A stretch of DNA of 64,000 nucleotides from Octopus sinensis. Lineage: Eukaryota. The stretch is from assembly GCF_006345805.1 (NCBI RefSeq), contig NC_042998.1:7564001-7628000 (forward strand), in the 5' to 3' direction. The first letter of the stretch is position 1. Every line of letters starts with the position of its first letter. Below, piece by piece: positions 11,557 to 23,579 of the stretch. Under the pieces are notes generated by a model that did no database searches, was not told the origin of the DNA, and saw only the letters and a program-made list of their open reading frames with translations. The position numbers were made by a program, and so were the translations under genes.

Positions 11557-12755
11557 TCACGTTACCCGACCGATGAACGCTCTTGCTTTATTGACGCAAT
11601 CGTTCGTCGTCAGGCACCCGCATACAGGTATAATTTGATAGGAGTCCTCCGGGAAAGACTTCACGAACCTGCACCGATCGTCATGGAGTAGGACCTCCGC
11701 AGCCAGCTGCGAAGGCCACTCGGGACACTCCATGCAGGACCGAAGTCCCTCCCATTGGTTTCTCTTCCTCATTTTACCTATTTCATCTTCTATTGTTCCT
11801 CCTTTGTAGAAGAGGACTACATAATATTTCTCCGGCCACACAACCACAAACGGCGGAGGAGACATTGGAGACGCCGTCTGCGTGTTACAATCCGCTGGCG
11901 GCGTTCCGTTTCTCTTCTTTCTTTTTTTCTTTTTAGCGTGGGCCACGGGAGGTTGAGGTTCCGGTGTTGCACACGCCGGATCCACTCTTTCTCCCGTAGC
12001 TTCCTGGTCTTTTAGTGGGTCACCATTGTTCCCCACTTTTCGTTTTCTCGTTGAGGAAGTCACCGCTTCCTCGTTCTGTTTCTCTCCCTCTATTGGTGGA
12101 GCAGGGAGAGGCTCCGATATCAACTTCTCCAGGATCATACTCTGGTTCCTGGGGCAGCTCTTCTTGATGTGGCCGGTCTCCGAACACAGGTGACACCTGG
12201 GGGCGCGTCCCTCAAGCATCACCGGATACTTGGACCCGGCCATCTTCAAGAAGTCTGGCAAAACCAGACTCTTGGCCGACTGGGTCCACAGAGTCAAAGT
12301 AGCCTTTCCTCCTTCCCAGTTAGCCGCAGGCTGCATTTTCACATTCAGGATCTTGGCGCTACCACCACTCAGACCCCGGCGGATGGAATCTTCCACCCAT
12401 TCGGGCTCAAAGCCGGGCGGCAGGCCACAGACCCATAAACGTAACAATTTTTCCCCTTGTAACTGGGGAGAAACAGAATCTCATCGCCCTCAATGGGCTG
12501 GCTTGCAAATTTGCAAGCTGCTTCAGCGGAGTCAAATAGCAACCATACCGTTGCGTATTTGACTCCCCGTTGAATATGTTTAACGGCTGGCATATAGTCT
12601 GCCAGCTCGTTCACAATGGTGTCTCTCGGAAAAACCATTATGGTGTCGAGTGACTTCGAATATGTCCTCAACACCACGGTCTTTTCCTCGAGTTCGTGCA
12701 AATATTTTTTGGGAGGTGTTAATTCCCACACAGTGAAATTCTTTGCCTTTGCCAT
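11557..12755 (-). pseudogene. ORF1-like gene of unit 3, split by the same 1-bp deletion into 12369-12755 and 11557-12447
   Basis: Same G4-A5 run at 12448-12456; CCHC CHLCSETGHIKKSC; a 6-bp in-frame duplication at the start (MAKAKNF). Confidence 0.65.
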
Positions 12756-13082
12756 AATGTAAAATACAACAGTTCAAAATGATAAACTAAAATTAGCAAC
12801 AGAAAGGAGAATGAAAAAATGCAACAGAAGGGAAGAAATAAAATTAAAAATGGCAGTTCAAAAAAGTTTTTACAAATAAATAATAGACAGAGAAAGAGAG
12901 TTCAATTCAGACAAAGGAATTCAGTTCTTTTTTTTTTTTTTTCCACTTCTTCGGCCAAAAATTGTAATCCAGGCCAAATGCACTGTTGGTAAAACCCTTG
13001 GTAAATAATCCTTGGTAATCCGTGGACAACACAACGACAATTTCAACAATAATTTTTTCAGACGGACTATGCCGCTTCAAAA

Positions 13083-13478
13083 ATGCAATTTCTTTTCACT
13101 CGACACAGGCAGAAAAATTATATCTGGAGCAAAGTGGAGCCCTATTATCTGCTAAAAAATATTAAATGCTAAAAAACATTCATGCAAGTAATAAAACTTC
13201 ACTTCGCCCGCAAAAATACAAAATTCCTACCTTTAGTCGAGACGAAAGTTCAATATTTCACGTTGAAACAACGCGACATCAATACAATTTTCTTTCCACT
13301 CGACACAGGCAGAAAAATTATATCTGGAGCAAAGTGGAGCCTTATTATCTGCTAAAAAATATTTAATGCTAAAAAACATTAATGCAAGTAATAAAACTTC
13401 ACTTCGCTCACAAAAATACAAAATTCCTACCTTTAGTCGAGTCGAAAGTTCAACAATTCACGTTCAAACACGTGGCAT
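13083..13478 (-). repeat. Two tandem ~200-bp monomers in the unit 3 5' region
   Basis: CAGGCAGAAA at 13106 and 13306, period 200. Confidence 0.9.
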
Positions 13479-13506
13479 TTGCCGGAGCAAAAAACAACAC
13501 GTCTGT

Positions 13507-13548
13507 CTGGTAAGCAAGCTACTTACCACACAGCCACTCCTGCGCCTA
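13507..13548 (-). mobile_element. SINE family A host copy, 5' head with A box plus right-hand TSD
   Basis: Minus strand TAGGCGCAGGAGTGGCTGTGTGGT-AAGTAGCTTGCTTACCAG. Joining it to 6927 and below restores a complete SINE head. Confidence 0.9.
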
Positions 13549-13709
13549 ATAGTTTTTCACTCACTTCCACCTTTTAGATGGCCGTTGGCTCTGCTGAGTT
13601 CACCGATGAGACATAAATACATACATACAGCAAATATACATACACACACATATATGCACAGACTTGAATGCAAGCATATGTTTAGACACATCTATCAGTC
13701 TATTCTTCC

Positions 13710-13858
13710 TAGGCGTAGGAGTGGCTGTGTGGTAAACCACATGGTTCCGGGTTCAGTCCCACTGTGTGGCAGCTTGGGCAAGTGTCTTCTCCTATAGCTT
13801 CGCGCCAACCAAAGCCTTGTGAGTGGATTTGGCAGACGGAAACTGAAAGAAGCCCGTC

Positions 13859-13914
<56 letters not shown>

Positions 13915-14140
13915 GTGTGTGTATATGTTTGTCTGTGTTTGTCCCCCCCAACATCCCTTGACAACCGATGCTGGTGTGTTTATGACCCCGTAACTTAGCA
14001 GTTCGGCAAAAAGAGACCGATAGAATAAGTACTAGGCTTACAAAAAATAAGTCCTGGGGGGGGGGCGATTTGCTCGACCAAAGGTGGTGCTCCAGCATGG
14101 CCACAGTGAAATGACTGAAACAAGTAAAAGAGTAAAAGAC
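13710..14140 (+). mobile_element. SINE family A, full length, with a 15-bp deletion in the head
   Basis: TAGGCGTAGGAGTGGCTGTGTGGTAA^ACCACATGGTTCCGGGTTCAGTCCC, an internal (TA)n and tail CAAGTAAAAGAGTAAAAG. Confidence 0.9.
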
Positions 14141-14312
14141 TATAAAATAAGTATCAATCCAATTCGTAGTCAAACCATCTGACTGCAAATCCAACCGTGT
14201 TACTTTCTGTCCATCATTCAATCTGCTAATCCCTTGTCCCACTCAAGCTATCTATCTGCCCTGAGAAACGAGCCGTGTTTGTGCGTGTGTGTATGTGTAT
14301 TCATTGATACCT

Positions 14313-14740
14313 ATTTCTTTATTACCCACAAGGGGCTAAACACAGAGGGGACAAACAAGGACAGATAATAATAATAATATATAGGTATTAAGTCGATTAC
14401 ATCGACCCCAGTGCATAACAGGTACTTAATTTATCGACCCCGAAAGGATGAAAGGCAAAGTCGACCTCGGCGGAATTTGAACTCACAACGTAACGACAGA
14501 CGAAATACCTATTTCTTTATTACCCACAAGGGGCTAAACACAGAGGGGACAAACAAGGACAGATATAGGTATTAAGTCGGTTACAACGACCCCAGTGCGT
14601 AACTAGTACTTAATTTATCGACCCCGAAAGGATTAAAGGCAAAGTCGACTTCGGCGGAATTTGAACTCAGAACAAGCGACAGACGAAATACGGCTAAGCA
14701 TTTCGCCCGGCGTGCTAACGTTTCTGCCAGCTCGCCGCCT
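14313..14740 (-). mobile_element. SINE family B dimer flanked by one TSD
   Basis: TTCATTGATACCT at 14300-14312 and 14741-14753; internal junction GACGAAATA/CCTATTTC near 14508. Confidence 0.85.
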
Positions 14741-17700
14741 TTCATTGATACCTTATGGTGAATTGCTTCTCGTGCGCGGACGTATGTTTGATTATCCGTC
14801 TGAATGGGGAAAACAATTTTTGGTTCATTGGTTGCAGACTCATTGATTGATAACGTGATGTATCGGTCGTCAGTATGAAATTTGGTAAAATTAGTTTACC
14901 GAGAATTGTTGCAGACAGTTCTAGAAAAGTAACTCCAAAGTAATATCTAAAATTTATGCGACCATTTATATATTTTATTGCATCAAGGTGAAGAGAGTAT
15001 AATAAAAGGGGGAAAAAAAACGAAGTCCAAGTATGAATTATATATAACCTTTCCTACATGATTAATAGAAATATAGTTTTCTGAAGCAATAAGTGATACG
15101 AAAAACTGAAGGCAGAAATATGGGAAACAAACTATAGGCATGTAAATAACCGCAAAGAAATTTCTGTCGTAACAGACACATTAAAAATATGAATTACTTT
15201 TCAAGGCAAAAGACCATTTTGTTCAGGTGAAGAGTTAAAGTCGCTAAAAACGAACGCGTTACATTATTACTGATTAAAATATCGATACGGAAAATAGATG
15301 ACATTTATAGATAACCTTATAGAGATCTATAATTAGAATAGTAAAATATTTATTTCTTTCATTGACCAAAATCCAATATGTGGTACTCGGGAAATGAATA
15401 TAATATAACTTTCAATGTAGGAACATGGTTGTGAGGTTAAAAAGTTTGCTCCATAATCACGTAGTTTCGAATGCGGAAACATTGTGTAGAATCTTAGGCG
15501 AGTGTCTTCTACTAGTCTTGAATGGAAACTCGTCGCGTACTTACACATACGAGCGCGCATACACACACTGACGTTTACTTGAGGTTATTATCTTAAAGCA
15601 AAATTAAGAAAAAACCTACAAGGCATTTACTAGTGATAAAAACTCACTACTCAAAGTAGAGTCAAATATGTTGACTAAATATACATATAAGCACACACTA
15701 GCTATAATATGTAGCTCCGGTTACAGTCACTTACCAAGTGTATTCTGTACATGTATGCAGAAACCTCATAAGTTATTTGCTCATATTGGCGTAAGTCAAG
15801 CCATTATCACAGGATCTTCTGAAAAGAACTGAGCACTAAATAGGACCTTACGCTAACAAATGAATATCTACCACGTATTGAGTACTCATTTAAGCTGTAG
15901 TCTTCCCAATTCCATGCCAGGAATACTCTGTATTTCCATCTAAATGGATACTTCATTTCATTGCATAAAACTTTGGACTTTTCCCTAACATTCTATATGT
16001 CTCAGTTGGTATTCTAGAAAACTGGTTTGATATCTAAGTAAATAATTTGATATTCCAGTCTCCCGTTTCAAGAACTTGTCAATGACGAGATTGCTAGTTG
16101 AAGAATAAATGTTCATTCGAAATAACAAAACCTGATGTTATGTATTTAGGCGTAAGCTGCTTTTTGAAATTTATATTTTGCTCTTTTTTAATCCAATGCA
16201 GCAGTGGTAATTAGAGCATCGCCTTAATGAATTTCTAAATCTGTTTTCTGTTGTAAAGACATGAAGGGAAATTGTGGTTTAAGTTTCATTTATGTAATTC
16301 ATATATGCTGTCAATTAAAATTGTTTTGGTATTGCTAGTACATTAGTGGTGTAGAATTTTAAAAAAAATTCTCTTAAATTGCGACCAAGAAGCTCTAGCA
16401 CACAAGCACAGATACACTACATACACGCACACACACTCACAACATACACACACGCACATATAAACACGTATATGGATGTACTTATACACTGCATCATACA
16501 CATACATTACACACACAGAACTATATATATATATATATACACACATACAAACATACATACACACAGATGTATATATTACATTATACACATACTATACATA
16601 CAAATCTCTCGATCTCTCTCTCCCTCTCTCATATTTATACATATATACGTGTGCCTGTATCTATGTACCCTTATAACTTTTAATGTATTTTTGTGTCAAA
16701 ACATAATTGCGAAAAGTAGATTCCAACGATCCATTAAATACTTTATATTTGATCATCTCTCAGACATATCGACTATGCATACTATAATAATGCTTAGTAA
16801 TATGGAATTATGAAGCTGCCAAACATACACACGTACCCTCACACATGTATTGGGGAATCGCATACAAAAAAAAAGCGATCCGGCCGGTGGGCAACTATTA
16901 TTTAACAAGTCACAACTAATCAGCTGGTTCACAATAGTTTTTTCTATCTAAAATGGCTTCTGTACTTTTAGCTGAATACCACCAAAATATTAAATGGCTA
17001 CTTTCCCAGAGCACAACTTTTACTTACGGAATAAAGAAAGGTGCGTAATTAAATGTAGTCCTTACTGAGATTATGTAAGACGTGGTTTTGCTGGGTTATT
17101 GGCAACTTTCGGTTAGAATACACTTCCGTTAATGCAGGTCAATGAACCAGAAACGTCCAGAATTGTTCTTGTTTAAGCCTCAAAACAATCCTGATTAAAC
17201 AGAGCAATCATCAACGGCGTCCGTAGTGTGATCATCCTACCCGTTTTCTCTGGTTTAAGATTATAATTTGTTCTTGGGTACCTTGATCAGAATTCACCCT
17301 GTTGCATGTATTCGGACTAGGTACCAGGTTTGACGATAATCTCTGCTCTTCCTCTAACCAATGTCAGAATCTGAAAAGGAAGGAGTCAGAGGAATTCCCT
17401 TCACCTCCATAACTAAATACTAAAGAGAAAAATGCTGTATCTCCCACCCCCGAAGCTCGAACTTCACAATTTCTCCATGAAACTACAATCCTTCATAATG
17501 ATCTACAGAATTTCAAACTGAATATCAAGTTTATCAGCTTTACCTGACTGGGTTGGCCTGCGAATATTATGGCACAGGTCTTTATCTTAGCTAACAAAAA
17601 TATGTTTATGGGTTGTTTCTTTATATTGTAAAAATACTTGTATTCTCTATCTGTCTGTCACCCACGCATCTGTTTGTCATCCACATCCACATATAATGTA

Positions 17701-18749
17701 TGCGTGTTGGTAAACGTGTGAATTTTTGCGTATAATTATTCCCACAATAATAATAATGCATGTCCCTGAGAAATGGATCAAAACCTTGTAGATATTATTA
17801 CACAAGTCATTTGAAACTGCGGAAAACGGAAGGAGTTTTTGAGGGAGGTTAATGCATGCACGAAAAGTTACCAAACTTTCATTAGGTTTAAAGAAACAAA
17901 AACATTCTAAAATAATATAAAGAAGTAAAAAAAAAATATCCCAAACAACTATTATAGCTTACAACGCAACTTTATTAGATTGTTCTAATTATGTCAACAG
18001 TTAATTAAATTCTGTATTAATTATGAATGTTTTTGATGAAGAATTTCCACTAAAAATGTAGAAGAAAATGGCAGGCAGATATTTTTGCTACGATATTATA
18101 GATCTTATTGTAGTGAAAGCTTAAAGTAGTTAACTTTATAACAGCTTAGATATCTGTTATCTGATGTACGAGTAATCTTGTCAAGAAAAACTCAAAATAA
18201 TCAACAATTTTGAGTTAAAAGTACTGCCTTCCCACCAGTGAAGTTTTTGAAAGACTTATTGTAGTAATTAGTTAAGCACTAGAGTCACATATTCGTTTCA
18301 CTGCTAACTAAAAGTATCGCATGACTGGTGCTAAGAGGCAGGAATTAGAAGATCGTATGGAACCTCAGTCCTTGAATGTTCTGATAAGATATAAATAATT
18401 TCGAATAGTCTTAAATTAGAAACAGTATTTAGAATATTTTTAGAATATTCTTATAAAAGCAAAGGACCTCAGACTTTCAGAGGGGAATAGCATGTGCAGT
18501 ATTGATGCTTTTCACAGAGGAATTTTTGATGTACGTGGAGTTAAATTGTTTAAACCATGATCGTACATTCGGTTATTTGTATCGGCTATAGTCTGATTTA
18601 TAATAGCTGTACAGTGACGCTACTAAATTTATGTAGATACTAATGGAGAGAAATAAGTGCGTCTTCAAAGAAATTAAACCATCGTAAAAGCGAAAGTAAG
18701 CATTCGTCAGATTATAGAAATTCTTGGGATTAATATTATTACGTTAATG

Positions 18750-19144
18750 AAGGCAGCAAGCTGGCAGATTCGTTAGCACGCCGGGCGAAATGCATAGCCG
18801 TATTTCGTCTACAGCTGCGTTCTGAGTTCAAATTCCGCCGAGGTCGACTTTGCCTTTCATCCTTTCGGGATCGATAAATTAAGTACCAATTACGCACTGG
18901 GGTCGACGTAATCGACTTAATCCCTTTGTCTGTCCTTGTTTGAAACTCTATATTTAGCCCCCTGTGGGCAATAAAGAAATAAGAATCGTTAGTACGCCGG
19001 GCAAAATGCCTAGCAGAATTTCGGCTGTTAATACGTTCTGAGTTCAAATTCCGCCGAGGTCGACTTTAATTTCGTCCCTGGAGTCGATGCAATCGATTTG
19101 CCTCCTACCCAGAACTTGCTGGCCTTGTGCCAAAATTTGAAACC
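18750..19144 (+). mobile_element. SINE family B dimer flanked by an 18-bp TSD
   Basis: AATATTATT(A/G)CGTTAATG at 18732-18749 and 19145-19162; internal junction AAAGAAATA/AGAATCGTTAG near 18981. Confidence 0.85.
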
Positions 19145-20322
19145 AATATTATTGCGTTAATGGTAACATTCTGCAGGCTCTCCCCATTAAAAAAATAAAT
19201 GTACTTTAAGTACAAAGGAAACATATTTTTTGTATGTCATCTGTTATGAGCTGCGTGGAATTAGGCACCGTAAACAAGAAGGCATTTGTTTAGTTTTGAT
19301 CTAGATGACCAATCAAGCGTGATATTGACTGACTTATAACAATCTGTGCGAATCAATTCCTATTAGTTATAGCGAATATGTAATTATGAGAGGTTCCTTG
19401 TTGAAAAACCGGTTATCTGAGATATGAGGTAATAAAAATTAGCAATATAAAGACGTATACGAAAGTGTGACAAAATTTTATCTACAAAAGTATGAAAAAA
19501 TTTTTTAGTACACACAGGTTCTATAAATATGTATATTTAGTATTTATAATGAATCTCGCGACCCAGCACTTGGAGGAGGCTTTATTTCAGTTTAGTTAAG
19601 GTATCCGAGGGAAAAGTTACTTCAGTACAATTTATTTTGCTAGTGATAGTTTAGTAAATAGTTAAGTCTTCACAAGCCTTTAACAGTTTCTTGAGTAACA
19701 ATGTTAGAACCTCAAATCAAAATAAACTATAAGCTGAGGGTTTTCAAAATAAAAACCGATAATTTCAATTAGATGAATTAAAGAATTACTTGGATGTTTT
19801 GCAAACAACTTGCACATGCAAGTGCTACCAGTGGAGAACTCCGCATACCGGAAGCCAGCAAGTGTATGGAGTCAACAGGAGAGAATGCGCGTCGTTTCGG
19901 GGCCCAACCACTCGACTGCATCAATGCGCACCGGCCCCTGCTCATTGATAAAAGACCCCGCTTGCTAGATCAACTGGTTATTAAATATAGCTCAATATTC
20001 TTCTAGCCATCGCTCATCGTCTCTTTTTAATCAAATCCAATGAATAGCTTTTTCCACTGTAGTTTGGATTCAATGCGCTTGAAATGAATAAAATTGCTAA
20101 AGTATACTTAACTCCTACAAGAATTACAATGAAGTGAAATCTGCTAAATAATCTTTTTGTCTTCTAATATGAATATGTACAGGACTTTGCACGCTCCTAC
20201 TGGAAATGTGAGCATCTGTTATTTAACAAATTGTACATAATTTTAATTAGAGAGAAGGTCACGTTGTCTTCGGAATTCATGTGTTTCTGCATAAAACCAT
20301 AAATGTATCTCCTTCTTTTGTT

Positions 20323-20668
20323 CTTTTACCTGTTTCAGTCATTTGACTGCGGCCATGCTGGAATACCGCCTTAAGTCGAACAAATCAATCACAGAACTTA
20401 GTACTTATTCTATCGGTCTCTTTTGCCGAACCGCTAGTTTACAGCGACGTAAACACACTAACATCGGTTGCCAAGCGATGGTGGGGGTACAAAAGCAGAC
20501 ACACAAATATATTCACACACACACACACACACAGACATATATATATATATGACGGGCTTCTTTCAGTTTCCGCCTACTAAATCCACTCACAAGGGTTTGG
20601 TCGGCCCGAGGCGATAGTAAAAGACACTTGCCTAAGGTGGTGCCACGCAATGGGTCTGAACCCGGAAT
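20323..20668 (-). mobile_element. SINE family A, lacking the A-box end
   Basis: Tail, core and B-box region match other family A copies. Confidence 0.8.
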
Positions 20669-21868
20669 ATTCTAATACAATACACGTCTGTATGCAATAC
20701 ACGTCTATATACAATACACATATACGTTTGTATATATTCACGTATGTAAATGTATATGCATAATGTGTGTGTGAGTCTATGCGCGCATGCACATACACAT
20801 ATATATTTACATGCATCTTAATACCAAGATCTAAATTTTCATTTACCTTGGGGTTACACGAGCCGTAGACGCGCTAATTTTGGATATGTTTGCAATAGTG
20901 GCCTTTGCATTTCCGTTCAGTGGAATAACTGAAACGCTCGTATGGGAAAGTAAAAGCAGTGCTCTTACCACAGCAAAGTCACGACTGACTCTCACATCTG
21001 AAAGTGTCGCAATTTAAATAGCAATATAATTTAGTGTTTATTTCAGTCACAGAACTGCAAGTATTCTACTCTCTTCTATCACAGTTTTATTATAAAATTT
21101 TAGTCAGTTAAGGAATGTTTTTAATGAAATTTTTACCTAAGAGAGTCAAGACTATTGAAAAGGTTGCAAGACGCAACGAAAATTTTAGGATAATAAAAAT
21201 AAGAAATAAGTGGCAATTTCGCCGGTGAGTGTGTTACATTATAAGGCACAAAAAGAAAATGACTCTCCCCAGACACAACAGAATATGCTTCAACACACGA
21301 AGTCATATAAAGAATTTTGCAAACCAAATCCAAAAACGAAATATTTTTGCGTAAGATTTATGATGAAAACCTGTGGTCATAAAATTTAGTATCTCTCTCT
21401 CTCTCTCATCTTTTTATGACAAAGACACTTTTATAGAAGGGATAGCGATATGTCCCAAAAACTGAAGACAATAGTGTTATGTAGTCTGAGAGTCACTTTT
21501 AAATTTTTCCATCGTATAAAACGAAAGAATCATTTAGGGAAAAACCTTTATACCACAAAGAATATTGCTGCCTGTTGATGTCAATGAATGTCTTCTCCAA
21601 ATAAACGTTTCTAAAACTGTTAAACTTTATTACAACTGGCTGAATAAAATTCTGCCAAGTAATAGATATAACCTATTGCCTAACGAAAACAAAATCGAAT
21701 TGCTTTAAATCAAAGATCCCCAACCGTTTTTGCACCATAGGCCGATTTCTCCCAAGACATTTTTCCCCCGCAGATTGGGGATTACACATATAACACAAAG
21801 TGCGTAATATTTAATTTGATTATTACATATGTAATACAAATATAATGCAAAATCACCCTTCAGACAGT

Positions 21869-22200
21869 TACATAGGAACACTCCGTCGGTTACGACGACG
21901 AGGGTCCCGGCTGATGCGATCAACGGAACGGCCTGCTCGTGAAATTAACGTGCAAGTGACTGAGCACTCCACAGACACGCGTACCCCTAACGTCGTTCTC
22001 GGGGAGATTCAGCGTGACACAGTGTGTGACAAGGCCGGCCCTTTGAAATGCAGGTACAACTCATTTTTGCCAGCTGAGTGGACTGGAGCAACGTGAAATA
22101 AAGTGTTTTGCTCAAGGACACAACGCGTCGCCGGGAATCGAACTCACAACCTTACAATCGTCAGTCGAATACCCTAACAACTAAGCCACGCGCCTTCACG
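21869..22200 (-). mobile_element. tRNA-derived SINE (family C head and core, different tail) with 13-bp TSD
   Basis: CCCTTCAGACAGT at 21856-21868 and 22201-22213; head GGCGCGTGGCTTAG...GTTCGATTCC on the minus strand. Confidence 0.85.
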
Positions 22201-22794
22201 CCCTTCAGACAGTGATAGTCGATAAAATAGAAATTAAATTTTAAAATGCATTATTTCTATGTGGCCCGGAACCAAATGATATATGGCCTCGTCGGTTGGG
22301 GATCGCTGCTTTAAACCGTTGCCTAAACACGAATAACGGGAGAGGGAGTGCCTGCCAAAATGCAATGATGCGTGCAAAAGCAGCAGATATGCTTTTCAAG
22401 GAAGATATACAACTGAGAAAGTAATTTGATGTCTCGGTTTGCAAAGCATGATCCTCATCAATTTTCTAAACATTCGTGAAATAAATAACATGGGGAAATG
22501 ATTAAACCATAATTGTTTGAAATTTGCATTGGACAAAACAGACAAGGAGACCGTCACACAGTCCCTTACTCCGTTAGAAATCATAGCCAAAACTTCCGTG
22601 AAATCATACCATGACTTCTTAGAAAAAGAACAATACGTTCCAGAGTACAATATGACAAGGAGGATAGAATAAATGGACGGCTTTAACTGAAATATCTCTA
22701 AACATAGGTCTGCATAATCAATGCCAACTTGGAGTTAAGCAGGAACTGCAACAAGCAATAGGATTTCAATTAGTAAATAAAATGAAGGAGCCAG

Positions 22795-22907
22795 GTTCAG
22801 TCCTACTGCGTGACACCTTCGGCATGCGCCTTCTATTGTAGCTCCAAGCCGACCAAAGCCTCGTGAGTGGACTGGGTTGATGGGAATTGAGATTCCAGTC
22901 GCGTCTG

Positions 22908-22952
<45 letters not shown>

Positions 22953-23210
22953 GTGTGTCTGTCTGCCTGCCTGTCTGTCTATATCTGTATAAACATATAC
23001 TTGTGTGCTTGTCATTCCCCACCACAGATTGACAGCCGGTGCTGGTTTGCGTCCCCGTAACTTAGCGGCTCGACAAAAGAAGCCGAATGAATAAGCATCA
23101 GGTTTTAAGAAAATATGTACTGGGATCAATTTATTCGAATAATCCCCTCAAGGCGGCGCCCCAGCATAGACGCAGTCCAATGACTAAAACAAGCAAAAGG
23201 TAAAAGATAA
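22795..23210 (+). mobile_element. Diverged SINE family A with internal (CTAT)n
   Basis: TTCAGTCC.ACTGCG, GACCAAAGCC.GTGAGTGGA, CCCCGTAACTTAGCGG and tail motifs. Confidence 0.7.
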
Positions 23211-23579
23211 AATATTAAAAATATTTACTTAATGAATTAAGATTGTTTGGGTTGTTTTATTTCTCTTAGTTACATCAAAACATGATACTTGCTCTCAACA
23301 TAGCGCAGCGGGGCCAATAAACATTCATTCACATATACTAAGAAACATTATATTTGGAGCCGCCCTTCAAAACCCATTTTAAGCAAATTTTTCGTCAAAT
23401 TAGATATTTAACAAAACGTACTTTAAAGAAAACCACTTTTAATAAGCTTTAACAGTATTGCCATTAAAACATTCTCTCACTACATTATACACAACTATTA
23501 TAATTCTGTTCAGATTTATGCAATATAAGATGGCTGGAGGAAATATCAGGATTAGAAAGCAACAAAGATGTAATAATTA

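Larger units (their letters stand above)
11270..13506 (-). mobile_element. ORF1-only retroelement, unit 3, 2237 bp
   Basis: Colinear with units 1 and 2. Bounded by target copies at 11253-11269 and 13507-13524. Confidence 0.75.

Noticed and set aside
7012-12562. Plus-strand ORFs overlapping the ORF1 genes
   Set aside because: Antisense shadows of GC-rich coding sequence; starts and stops are not conserved among the three units.
20177-20215. Plus-strand mini-exon AG-GACTTTGCACGCTCCTACTGGAAAT-GTGAG
   Set aside because: Weak polypyrimidine tract and no partner exons or plus-strand gene evident.
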